From: Marsupella aquatica
Lineage: Eukaryota; Plantae; Marchantiophyta
Direction: 5' to 3'
Assembly (NCBI GenBank): GCA_973895155.1
Contig: OZ316894.1
Location: 9,076,234-9,140,233 of the forward strand
DNA length: 64,000 nucleotides
Made by a program: the position numbers and the translations under genes
The notes under the pieces: generated by a model
The model's input: only the letters and a program-made list of their open reading frames with translations
Told to the model about the DNA's origin: nothing
The model's database searches: none
Part shown: positions 1 to 12,008 of the stretch, piece after piece
Numbering within the stretch: the stretch's first letter is position 1
How the letters are laid out: the number at the start of each line of letters is the position of its first letter

Positions 1-768
1 AAAGTCCAATGTGTCATTGTCGAGGTGCGCTGTAGGCAAGGTAAGCATATTCATGAATGTTTGGCTTTCCAAAACTCTCAAACGTTGCACTCCTATTTCA
101 GCCATCACCTTTTGAGCTTGGGCAGCCATCTTGAAAGCATCTTCATGAGCTTTTAGTTTCTTTGCATTCTCCTTTGCTAGCTTGGTTCCAAGCGGTCTCT
201 TGCTTGAATTTCCTTGAGAACTGTCCTGCTCATTTGGGTCCTTCTCTGCTTCGGACTGAAGATTGTTTGGCCCCTCGTCTGACAAGCGGGTGTACTCCTG
301 ATCTCCTTGCTCCCTACATGGTGTCCCCACTGGCTGCTTCCGTTTGCCATTTCCCTTGGACATCTGGTCTTCTGGCAGCATCCACCTTGGGCAGTCCTTG
401 AGAATGTCGTAGCACACTGGAAACGAAAAATCTTTCCCCTTTGAATGTCGAGTCTTGTATAACTCTTTTGCCTTATTCAATGTGTCATCGCTATTGGTAC
501 CAGAAATGTCAAGATCCTTGACTGATTTATAGCATCCAATAAAACAAGTTGTGGCCTTCCGAACATCGCCCCACTTGCTCTCAAGCGATTTTGCTGTTCT
601 ACTCTCAAGTCCTTTTGGCTTATTTCTATCGTAGTGCTCCCCGACATGTTCCCAAAAATTCTCCCTCTTTTGCCCAGACCCAACACACGGGTCTTGTGAA
701 ATCTCTAGGTACGAGTAGCAAAGTTGCTTCAGTTCTGCTGGACTAAAATTCTTCCCTCGTTGGGCCAT
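1..768 (-). CDS. PIF/Harbinger Myb/SANT-like DNA-binding protein with NAM-associated C-terminal region (runs off the left edge)
   Basis: Manual translation from ATG at 768 is open to position 1: MAQRGKNFSPAELKQLCYSYLEISQDPCVGSGQKRENFWEHVGEHY...SLESKWGDVRKATTCFIGCY...FSFPVCYDILKDCPRW...KRPLGTKLAK. The GxxQ-FW, W, ILKDCPRW and RPxGxKxAK motifs are typical of Harbinger ORF1. Absent from the ORF track because there is no stop in the window. Confidence 0.88.
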   Translation of the reverse strand, partial: MAQRGKNFSPAELKQLCYSYLEISQDPCVGSGQKRENFWEHVGEHYDRNKPKGLESRTAKSLESKWGDVRKATTCFIGCYKSVKDLDISGTNSDDTLNKAKELYKTRHSKGKDFSFPVCYDILKDCPRWMLPEDQMSKGNGKRKQPVGTPCREQGDQEYTRLSDEGPNNLQSEAEKDPNEQDSSQGNSSKRPLGTKLAKENAKKLKAHEDAFKMAAQAQKVMAEIGVQRLRVLESQTFMNMLTLPTAHLDNDTLDF

Positions 769-1233
769 ATTGTCAGATCACACACAAGACATTGTCAATC
801 ACTATGCATGCACTGTGCTGTACGTTAAAATTTGGGAGTCGGGACCACAATAGGTGCACAGAAAAACGTGTGCTGCACTGTGCACTCGACAAGGCTGGTA
901 GAGCACACTCGACAAGCTTTGGCAGAGCTCTGCCTTCGAATGCAGACACTGGCGCCAATTTCAGAAAAAAGTGAAGGAACGCTGCAGGGTGCCTGGGATG
1001 TCAACATGTGGTGCGGGCTGGAGCGTAGATGATGTTTGGCAGCATTGGCAAAAGGGGAATGCGGACCTGGAAAAGGGCCAAGTATTCCGGTCGGGAAATT
1101 GCTGGACGCAAACACCTGCATAAATTTTCGCGATACGGAGCACCGGTGCAACCCAATAAAATGCCTTAACCCTGTATAATCTGCGATATGCCAGCCCGCA
1201 GCCCGATGGCGAGCACCGGTGGGGATGCTCTTA
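1..1233 (-). mobile_element. Terminal part of a PIF/Harbinger DNA transposon (TIR ~1218-1230, putative TTA target site 1231-1233)
   Basis: GGTGGGGATGCTC|TTA: the reverse complement GAGCATCCCCACC resembles plant Harbinger/Tourist TIRs and is followed by TTA. GC-rich subterminal region with repeated GTGCAC/GCACCGGTG. Contains the Myb ORF. The other end is outside the window. Confidence 0.8.
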
Positions 1234-1316
1234 CTTTAGACAAATGCATGGAAATTAACTTGACCCTCCTAACTACAAGTCATTACATAGTGGACACTTG
1301 TGACCACTCTATCACT

Positions 1317-4300
1317 CTACTCATCAATACCTTCCATGTAAGTTTTGAGATTTTTCAAAACATTCTTGGGAATTGTCAAACCTCTATCCATAATATTTTG
1401 TTCTTTGGCACCTGACTTAAACCCATACATTGCAGAATTTGCAAACTGCCAACTTTGAGTGATAGTGTTAAACCCAGGATCTAGCTCCCAAGTCTTAGTG
1501 GTCTGAAAGCAACGTTCGTATCGAACATCATCCTTTGCATCATGCTTACCATGTTTAGGCCTCCACCATTGCACTTGGAACATAGGAGCATACCGCTTAG
1601 GAATGCTACTTAGGTGAATGCTCTTAGAAAACCTTGAAGAAGACCCTTTACTAAATTGCAAATCTAGTGAAGAAACCTCATGGTTTGGATCCACACCACC
1701 CAAAGCTCGAACTAACCAGAAACGCCCTTTGCCATTTTTTTGCTCCCATTCATCCTCTGGACGTAAAAACACAAAGTGACCCTCTTGAATATCTTGTAGG
1801 GGAATCCAACGTGCAAGTTCTCGCTCTTCTCGTGCACCAACAAATGGTGCAGCTTGACCTTCCATCTCTTCCATGTACTCATTTTGAAGGTCCATCATCT
1901 CTGAATTTTGAGTAGGTTCACTTGAAGGTTGAGAGGTCCCCAAAATCACCTTGTAACCTGTGCCATGGTTAGTCTTTGGCCAGAAATCAGTTGTCAATGA
2001 CAATTGTCTTTCTCCCTCCCCTTCTATTGTAAGTGCCTCAGAGAGTGCCATAACAAGCCTCTCCCAATATTTCACCAAAGGAAATCTCTTGCGATATGCT
2101 GCAGAGGTCTCATCCTTGCAACTTTTCCTCAAGAAATCAATGTAACGATTAAGGAATGGGATGATTTCCTCGGCTTTCTTTTGTACCTCCCCCGATATAG
2201 GTTTTGCAAATGGCTGGCCCTCCGGTAAAATAAGCGTGTTTGTGATGAGATCAGTTCTCCAAATTGACCTCCCTGTTGCTGGAAGCCAAGGTTGTTTGAC
2301 ATGTGCTTTATATTGATACACTGGCACATTATCCCTCATGGAGAATAGAAATGCCACTGGTTTTGAGTGACCTTCAATCTCTTTCACTTGGAAAGCCTTC
2401 AAATACTGCTTGTAAGATGCAACCTCCTGAATCAATCGTGGTATGGGATGGATGCTTTCACACTCCCAAACCTCAGCCATCAACGCAAGGAGGGTAGCAA
2501 CCTCTTTGTACCTGACCTGTTTGGATACTTGAGAAAATAGTGCATCCACATCCTCATGGGTGTGGCCAACCATGAGGAATGACATTTGCACAGTTTCAAA
2601 CACCCCCTGCTAACAAGCTCGCTGCAAAATGCCATCACATATTGATTTTTATTATCTTTTCCTGAATTGTCCATCTGCAGTGTTAGGTGCCTTGGTAAGG
2701 GCTTAAAAGAGCTCGTAGTCTCAGGATCAACTCTAGAACCAGCATCTGTTGTGCTGGTTTTTTGGCTGTCCTGACCGTCATCAAGGCCTTGAAACTTGAG
2801 AATTGAAACATTTTTGGGTTCCAAGTAACCCGCTTGAAATGCTTCAAAGTCCAAAAGAGACTGAAATATTGGCCTAGTTGCGTTCCAATTGAAAGCTTCA
2901 AGCATGTCTCCCATTTTGTCTCCAGTGTAATCCTCCAAATCTCGAAGGCATTTGGCCAAAGATGTCACAGTGAAGTCTGCATGTCCAGGCCAAAGGCCAG
3001 TCAAACTAAAGTGTGCATACACTCCTGGATCCCTTCCATGGGTTAACATCCCAGTAAGGGCAATGGGCAGAGGTTGACCACTACCAGAGAGAGATTTTGG
3101 AGTGGGGACCAATCTGGGGATCCAAGTCTTTGCTTGGTCCATCTTATCATGAAGATAGTTTTGAGGATCCTTCTTTGCAAGAACCCTATGAGCATAGTAA
3201 ACATATCTCCTTGACATTTGTTCACGAAGATGTCGTGTTCTTTTCTCTTCAATCTCTGCACGCTCTTTTTTTCTCTTCTCCCGCATCAATTGATCTTTGA
3301 ACTCAGTGCAAAATGTGCACTTGGCAAATGCACTGCCCTTGTGAAAGTCAAAATTATCAAAAGAATTTTTCCAGATGTTGTACATAGTAACTTCAGTAAC
3401 CTTAGCGTAGCCATCCAATTCCATCTTTGCAAATACCTCTTGAAAAATCTCCTTCTTAGTGAAACATGATGGGAGTCGATATTCGACAGTATTGGTGCCG
3501 TTGGACCCACCATAGGGAAGATGTGGCATTGGTTCTCCATTTTGGATTAAAATGGACTCCAACAATGCACGAGCATGCAAGGTGCTTGATCGTGTCTTAT
3601 GTTGCCCTTGATTTCCATGGAAACCAATTGTGCACCCAGCTTCGTACTGATTTTTGTAATCATAATACTTTGCCGTACTAAACCCATGCATTTTTATGAA
3701 CGCATCCTTACAAACCACACGTCCCTTTAGAACAAAAAATCTTTTTCTCTTGACTTGGTCTTCTCTACACCCAAAAAGACTGAAGATATGACTTGTTTTG
3801 TTGTCACTTGACATTCCATGGAATTCCCTCCTCATTGCCTCCAAGTCCTCTCTTGGCATGTTCAAGCAACACTTTAACCTGCAACAACCTTCTCTTTGGA
3901 TGGAATCAATGGACTCCTCGGTGATTTTCAAAAGCGCCCTTGATTGCAAATGTTTTTTTTCTCCTCCAGATCCACTTTGGTCCTTCTAATGAAATTATAT
4001 GGTCTTTTTGGAGGTTTCCCATCACCATCCAAATCCGGGTCGCTCTCATTTCAACCCGATTCTATCCACACATGTGAACCTTTCTCAAGGATATCCCCAA
4101 GAAACATTTGAGATGAAATCAACAACAAAGATTTGATTTCCCACCTCACCAAACCTGGAGTACCAGCACGGATATTCGGAAATAATGCGGGATCGTTGAT
4201 ATTCATAACAGCTACACCCACATGCTCTGGACCAAGAAGTTCATCATCAACAGCACCTGCTTCAAAAGGAACTGTGATAACCCCTATCGCAACCTTACGA

Positions 4301-5040
4301 CAACGAGAAACATCATACAAGTCAACTTCCTCTGCCATCCAGTTGGAACGCATTGTAAAATCTTTCAATGGAAGATCCTTAAACAGGTGTGCACCCGGGT
4401 TTGCACCAACAAACACGCCAAAACCTCAAATAGAGCCTTTTCTTGAAACATCAGCAACATCCCACATTACCCAAGTCTGCATTGCCTCTTGCACTGTGTC
4501 AGCTCCAGGATGCGGATACGGTAATTTTCTATTTCCTTGAACAACCTCTGATATTTGTATACTGACACGGCCAACACCGAGTCGTTCACTATGACAAGTG
4601 TCCATTGGATTGGTATTGAAGACAACTCCTTTTGATACAAGTTCATCTAAAATGAACATCTCAACCTCCTCTCCTTCAGCAAGGTTGCCTCCTTTACCAC
4701 CAACGTCCATTTTGGAACATCCTTCATCCCCGTCCACTGGAGTAGGAACACCATCCACAACGGTTCTTTTTGGCAATGTTGAAGACCTCAAATATGCCAA
4801 GGAAGAATCCCAGATCACACACGAGTCAACTGCATCACCTAGGCTCAATGATGTTTTGGATGGAAATGGTAGTGGACAAGATGTTTCAAGACACCTCTCG
4901 ATAAGGACCCCAATTTGATTTTTCCCAAGACAAATATTGTGTATAGTGTCTTTGGGATCAACCTTTTGGATGGTCCCAATTGCCACTTCAAAACCATCAA
5001 TTATCAATGAAACTTCATCCCCTCGCATAAATTTACTCAT
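1317..5040 (-). pseudogene. Disrupted DDE transposase (~1240 aa): 3x En/Spm-associated SH3-like (DUF8039-like) repeats, Cys-rich region, DUF7869/Sola-like catalytic core, C-terminal beta-barrel-like domain
   Basis: ORFs 4426-5040, 4051-4416, 2480-3949 and 1317-2603 join into one frame via in-frame TGA stops (4426-4428, 4051-4053) and two 1-bp homopolymer deletions (T8 at 3953-3960, C5 at 2603-2607). Motifs: CCRLKCC, CTFCTEF, DKMDQAK, LTLQMDNSGKDNKNQYVMAFCSELV and FLMVGHTHEDVDALFS. Confidence 0.85.
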
Positions 5041-5218
5041 GGTAGCGAAAGGATCTCTGCATCCAAAAACATTTAAAAATTGTTCAGCTGATGTGCATAC
5101 TGATAAGCACTACTCTAGATATTACAATTTTAGATCTAAACATTTGAATTCTATTTAAAGGGAAAAAAATATTTGGGAGTTTATGTGTATTGGCTTTACA
5201 CAACAGGATTCTAAGGTC

Positions 5219-5572
5219 AGGGACGCTCTTGGAGCGAGGCAAGGTTACGACGCTCTAGGGGCGAGGCGATTGAGGGACGCTCTAGGGCGAGGTGAATGAG
5301 GGTCGCTCTAGGGGCGAGGCGATGGAGGGTCGCTCTAGAGGCGAGGCGATGGAGGGTCGCTCTAGGGGTGAGGCGATGGAGGGACGCTCTAGGGGCGAGG
5401 TGAATGAGGGTCGCTCTAGGGGCGAGGTGATGGAGGGTCGCTCTAGGGATGAGGCGATGGAGAGACGCTCTAGGGGCAAGGTGAATGAGGGTCGCTCTAG
5501 GGGCGAGGCAATGGAGGGTCGCTCTAGGGGCGAGGCGGTTGAGGGACGCTCCAAGGGCGAGGCAATGGAGAG
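5219..5572. repeat. 27-bp tandem array (~11 copies plus 2 diverged) of GAGGGTCGCTCTAGGGGCGAGGCGATG
   Basis: Directly visible. It produces the spurious (MEGRSRGEA)n/(SPLERPSIA)n ORFs. Each unit contains the near-palindrome TCGCTC-TAG-GGGCGA. Confidence 0.95.
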
Positions 5573-7306
5573 CGGATGCTCGGGGGTCTCACTATATGGG
5601 GACCTCCCCATCGCCTGCGACGTTTTTAGGCCTCGGACCCCCTAAAATGTAAGAAAATTTATATTATTTTTTAACCCCTATAAAGTTGGAATATTCTTGG
5701 AATATTCTAAAAATTGGATTAAAAAGACCCTAATGTTCTTATAAGTCTCAAAATTGAATTTAAAAGACCCTATTGTTCTTCTACAAAAATTCTTAAGTCT
5801 TCCCTTAGAACCAATAAAATGACCCTATCCTTCGTCGCACGTGATATGCCATTTTTGTGGAAGTGAAACCCCCAAGAGCGGATGCCCTTGGAGAAAAGAA
5901 AGGGCAGGATGCTCCTGATGAAAGGTAAGTGTATGACGCTCTTGGAGCGAGGCAAGGGCATGACGCTCTTGGAGCAAGGCAAGGGGAGAGCAAGAAAAGA
6001 TGAGCACACTCCTGGAGAAGCAAGAATTGTGAAGGAAAAGAGAAAATATGGAAATGAATAAATCATGGGAATGATTAAGCTGAATTAGACCATTGAAGTG
6101 TGTAGACGTGTGGGTAGACAAGTGTGTAGTTAGGAACCCTACATTATCTAGGGCTTAGTTTGGTCCATATATTAAGATAAAGCTAGGCCAAATATTTGGT
6201 GGATATCATAGAGAAGAAATTAAGAGAATGGTAGATGAAGTAATACCTCTCTTAAGGACTGTAGAAGACGTGTCGCCAACCAAGGACACCAAAACTAATG
6301 CAATGTACTTGAAACAGGACTTTCCTTGCATGAACTCTTGTAACCATAAATGTCCAAGTCAGTCGAATCAGTCACCGAACAGAAGCAAGATAGACAAGGG
6401 CCGAAGGGCAAGACCGAGAGTGAGCAATGACCATAAATGCATGCGCCATACAAAAGAGAGAAATGATTGGAACTGTAGAGCTTTATACCATTTGTGAGCA
6501 GGCTTTAGCCAAGTTTGTCAGGGGTTCACAACATCGAGCGGCTGAAAGTCTGATTACTCTAATCGGCATTCTGTGGACACCCGTACGACCGTGCATCATT
6601 TTTTCAAAATCTATGGATACCCGTACAGCTAGGTCATTATGAGGGTTGCGAGTTCACAAGCGCGTGGAAGGGAGCAAGTGGCTGGGTTGCGTAAGGCAAA
6701 GGTACGATTGGCCATGGCTGGGCATTGAAGGTACGATCGGCCGTGGCTGGGGGTCGTAGGTAGGATCGGCCGTGGCAGTGAGGGTATAGGAAGGCAAAAG
6801 GCAAAGACATTACCTCATTTGCCTCATTGTCTTCTTGCATCCATCTCCTCCTTCATTGTCTTCTTGCCCGGCTGCCTTGGTTTCCCTCCTCCTTCTTGCC
6901 TCGCTCATAGTAGATTTTCTTGCCTCGCTCTGTTGATTTTGCCTTGCTCATAGTAGATTTTTTTCCTCGCTCTGTAGCCTTGCTCCGTGGTGTGGTCTAG
7001 CTATAGGCGTTCTCATATCCTAGGCTGCCACGTGTCATCTAAACGTTTGTGAGGCATTTTTCAATGGCCACTTCCTCTAGTTCTGATGATTCTACTAGCA
7101 CTTCTAGTTCTGGGCAGTCCTTGAACTTTGATTCTAGTAAAATCTTTGAGTATGATTCTCAAGACACTTTACTAAAGATGTCGGTGGAATCCGCTTTGGC
7201 CGCCTCAAAGGGATTTCATATCACAGTTCCACGTAAGTATGATTCAACAATTGATGCAAGTTAGTCTTTGAAGGGTCGCTCTATCTCAAGTGCCTAAGAT
7301 TTGTCG

Positions 7307-7570
7307 TGGGTCGCTCCAAGAGCGACCCAACTTTGTTGTTGGTTGGACCTTGATTTAAGTTTTCCTAGGGTTGCTCCAGGAGCGACCCAACTTTGTTGTT
7401 GGTTGGACCTTGATTTAAGTTTTCCTAGGGTCGCTCCAGGAGCGACCCAAATTTGTTGTTGGTTGGACCTTGATTTAAGTTTTACTAGGGTCGCTCCAGG
7501 AGCGACCCAAATTTGTTGTTGGTTGGACCTTGATTTAAGTTTTCCTAGGGTCGCTCCAGGAGCAACCCAA
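7307..7570. repeat. 60-bp tandem array (~4.4 copies), each with the 21-bp palindrome GGGTCGCTCC-A-GGAGCGACCC, inside intron 7233-7675
   Basis: Nearly identical 60-mers are visible on consecutive lines. The consensus palindrome has 10-bp perfect arms. Confidence 0.95.
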
Positions 7571-10500
7571 CCCACAAGTTTGTTGATGCAGACCTTGTCT
7601 CCAGCTTGCTCTAGGGGCGAGGCGACACAGAAGATCTCTTGCTTTAATGTTTGTCGTTTCAATTTGTTTTGCCAGGAGAACAACTTGGATCCCCAGAGTT
7701 AAATATTATGGCCGAGGATGTCAAGGACTTTATTTTCCCTGGACAAGATAAGGCAAGATTTTCGTGGGCACTTGAAGTAGGGATCATGGAGAATGACTTG
7801 TCGATGATTTGTATCAAGGCAATCACTGCTGAGACAATGAACGACAAGAAGATAGTTGCGTTGGGCCCTGTGGTCCTTGTAAATTGCAGTGATAACCGCA
7901 ATGTTACAATCATTATTGAATCCACAGAAAGATCTCAGTGGATGAGACTTTACTTGCCAATCAAGATGTACTCATCAATTATCAACGTAGAGTGGATAGC
8001 ACGCTTGGAGGCTAGTATTTGTTCAATGGGATTTCTTCCAGATGGGTTCACTGCAGAGGATGTTCTTGAGAGGCATGGAAAATTCAAATTGAGTGGGGTT
8101 GATGTTGTCTTTGGATTCCTCTTTGTGAAGCGGTACATGCATGATCATCCGGACCTTATAGATCTTCCTAACACATGGGTTGTCCAGAGGATGATTGAAA
8201 CAACACGCTTTTCATATGAGCAAGCAATTGATAAGAGTTTTATTTTCTCTGACGAGTTTGACAAAGATTCTTGCATGAAGTGGATTTCAACTCAAAAGAA
8301 GAAGGAAGAAAAGCATCGAGGTAAGGGGAAGATGAAGATGAAGGCCAAAGAAATGACGTTGGCTGAAACACAGAAGAAGAGAAAACAAAGAGAGCCAAGG
8401 ATTGAAGGAAGTACTAGAGGAAAAAAGGCGGCGTTGAAGAAGAAAGATAAGGACTCCGCCAAGAAGCCCAAGAAGAAGGCCAAGATTGGAAAATCAAAGC
8501 CCGTGTCAACGTCAAAAGCAAGGTTGGTCTTGGATCCGGAGGATGATACATGCCCAACAGATGCACCAGAGGAACGAGATGTATTGGAGGGGCAAAAAGC
8601 TTTGCGGAACATCGAGCAATACTACACTTTTGGAATCAGGGAGGTTTTTGAAATCCCGGTTAAAAGTATTCTTCCGCCTACTGCAGTTTTTGTGTATCGG
8701 ATGTTCAACCAGGCTCATGCCTTAGAGATAGCAAAATCAATGATGAAAAACCCTGGCCAGGAACCACATGTTGCAGATTTGATTTCATTTCTGGAGCGCA
8801 CTAAGCAGTTGTTACATTTTGACAATACCGCACACGATCGGAAGCAGTTTTTGTTTGGTGTTAAGAAGCAAGAAATACAATTTCTTGCAATCAGTGGGCA
8901 GCATTCCGCAAAGGTTGCACAATGGATTCAAGGGTGGGCAGACAAGGATGCCAAGCTAACTGATCTTGCTAGCAAACTCCAATATCGAAAAGCGAGGATC
9001 TTATCAGACCTCACTCCAAGGGCAATTTTGGTCGAGCACTCGAGCCTTTCAAATGCAGTAAATCAGACCATGCAGTTTAAGTCTTGTTTTCTAGAGACAG
9101 TTGTTCATGCGAGAAGGCAATTTGATGAATGTGGGAAACCACCGCGTCCAGGAATTGGAACAAACCAAAGTACAGACAACCAGAAATACTAGGTAAACAT
9201 TTTCATTAGTTGGAACTGTAGTTTAATTTTGCCTCGCTCTTGGAGCGACCCGAACGAAATTGAACTATGAATACAATGATTGCCCCAACCATTTTCATAT
9301 GGCTTTGTCATTTTCTTCGCCTCGCTCTAGGGGCGAGGCAGAGAAGTTGAAGTTTCTAAGTTTAAACATCTAACATGTTTTTTGGTGGATGAATGTAAAT
9401 GCAGGATTGGTTTGCCCTCGCAAAGATAACAATGGGAAAGTCGAGCCTGAAAGCCATTTTTTGGTTGCTCTTTGCTGAGTATAAGCTTTTCCATTTATGG
9501 CAAACTGTTTGTTGGGATTGGTTGGCAGGGAAGCTCCCTGGCGGGGCAGGAGAGTATGGTGGGCTGCGGCCACTAAAGTTGGTCACGCCAACTCTTTTTA
9601 GATGTTTTGAAGGGGAGATCAGTTCTAAGGATATCATTGATATATTGACCGCGGTTTATGAGAAGAAAGCACTTCTCAAGAAAGATGCCTCCAACAAGAT
9701 GGATCTGGTGTCAATGCCAGATATGGCTCATACCATCAAGGTAATGACTAAATTGAAGCAAGTCATTGTTGAGTACTTTGTTGAGAAGCACAAGGAGAAG
9801 TTTCCCGGGGGGACATCGTGGGCTTTGGTGGTCAACATCATGCCGGCCTTGGGATCTCAACTTGAGTTGACAAAATTGCAAAGAGCAGTTGGGGAGGTCT
9901 ACCTTAGCAGTTTATTAAGGAAGAACATTGTGAAGGAGGCTTTCCCTCAAAGTCTAATGGTGAGATTAGACGGGTTGTACTACAAACAATTTGGTGGAGT
10001 TGGGCACACACGAACAGAGCCTTTCTTGACGTTCTTCAGTGAGAATCTAATGAAGACCACCACGCCAGAGTTATTGGAAGAGGCGACGCCAATGTGTCCA
10101 CTTGCAATTGTTGATTTTAGTAGGGCACGACAACATGAATGGACAGATTCGGAAAATTTTGTATTGCTCCAATATATTGTGGAGTTGCCAAGGAATACAA
10201 CCATTGTAGTTGTCATGACTATTCATCCAGGGCCACTTCCAGCCAACATCTTGAGTGCCCTAAGGAAATTAGGACATGAAAAGCGTTTGGCCATCTATGT
10301 TGAATACGGGAGTTATGATCGAGAAGATCGCCCAAATCCGCAGGGCTTAATTTTTATAGGAGCTATTGAGCAGGTCATTTTTGCTGGAATTACAGGTGAA
10401 GACAATTTTGATTGGAATCAATTGTTTAAGCCAGAGTTCAATTCAAAATTTAGTTTTCACCCCGATGTTGACTGTGATTTCAATATTGAAGTGAAGGCTG

Positions 10501-12008
10501 ACAAGCAAGAGAAAAGCAAGGGAAAAGAGAATGAGACAGAGGAGCAATCTCCCGCATTTGATATGGCAGATTTATTGCGGCAAGCTCCAATGTTTGAGAT
10601 GGTCGGAAGTCGAGGAGGATTTGTCAATCCGCATGCCAAGCCCCGACACATGCTCAAAAATATTATTGAATGTTTTTCCGGTGAGGGGGAGATTGTCCTC
10701 GATTTTTTTTCAGGAGGGCAGGTTTTGAAGGTGGCCTTGTTGGCATACCGAGATTGTTTTGTCTATTCAGACACTTTGCAAGAACACCATGTCACCCAAG
10801 CATATGCAAGGGTTTTGTGCAACAGGATTCCCTCCCTTATGAAAGAGCGGATGGGAGTACATGGTCCTAGTAGAGCTCATCTAAGTGTTCTTTGCGGGCC
10901 TATGGACAACCCCCAACCGGGCCCTCAGCGAGTTGACCTTGAGGATGGTGAGTTGCAGCATGATGATGGAGGTTCAAGTCCTATGGTAGAGGAGGGATTT
11001 GGGTGAAATTGGGATGCTCGAGCAACAAAAATGGTTGGCATTACTACCTACGGTGTTGAAGGGCTACCTCAACTCGACATAGTGATGTTGGGTCGCCCTC
11101 AGGGCGACCCTCCAGCAAATCCTCTCAACCCTGAAGTATCAAAATTGCATCCTGAGAGACCGCAGGTATCGTGCACATTGGATGTAGGTTGGCAGAATAT
11201 TGAGGCCACTATGTACACCCACCACGGACCTACAAGTTGGTATTGCACAAGCGATTGAAGACAACCTTCCACTTGGAGAGACAAAAAATGTTGAAGCTGA
11301 AGAGGCACGTGCTTCAACTTGTTCCAAGTCTCCTCAATTTTGTTCGTCAGGGAATAAATTGGTCTTCACAAGGATGTCAAGCGGAAGCCCCATAATATTA
11401 CGCTTGTCTCAAAAGTCTGGATCTAAGATAGGTAGAACAGGATATATGAAGACAGTCCGTCATGCAACTCATTTCATTTGGAGAAATGGACCTAAAGTTG
11501 GATTGAAAGAAACGTTGGAGGATGCGCCTAAGTTAATGGTCAAACCTGATTACATAATAGACAAATTGAGATTGAGTCCAGTGTTTGCGCCGCCAACGTT
11601 GGTGGAGCAGCTTCCTGTTGGCGTCAATTCTGATATCCAAAGTGATCTAGGTGATAAAATGATAGATGAATATGGGTCATTTAGTAGTGGAGGTTAATAT
11701 TATGGTTTCGTTCTTCTATTTTTCACAATAATCTAAAATATTATGTTTGGAAATCATATATGGACAGGCCAAAGTTTTGTCATAGCATCTCTTCCATCGA
11801 AGGATATTATTGGTCTACCTTCAGCAAGCGGTACCCTGGTCCAAGACAAAGCATTTGAGCAAGGTACTTCTACATTGATATATCAAAATGCTTTGACATT
11901 CAAAAATGATATGTTTGTTTTCCCCATTAGGTCGACCCTAAGTTCTTCTTTTATATCTTTTAGATATAATTTTGATTCATTTGGATCTTTGCAGATTTCA
12001 CTCCTAAA

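Noticed and set aside
2603-2607. Programmed ribosomal frameshift in the transposase
   Set aside because: The gene also has in-frame stops and a second homopolymer deletion, so decay or sequencing error is more parsimonious.
5282-5645. ORFs of 109 and 117 aa on both strands
   Set aside because: By-products of the stop-free 27-bp tandem array.
7307-7570. CRISPR-like array (palindromic repeat at regular spacing)
   Set aside because: The intervening sequences are essentially identical rather than unique spacers, there are no cas genes, and it lies in a eukaryotic intron. It is a tandem minisatellite.
7294-7702. ORFs of 129 and 133 aa
   Set aside because: Translations of the intronic 60-bp array.
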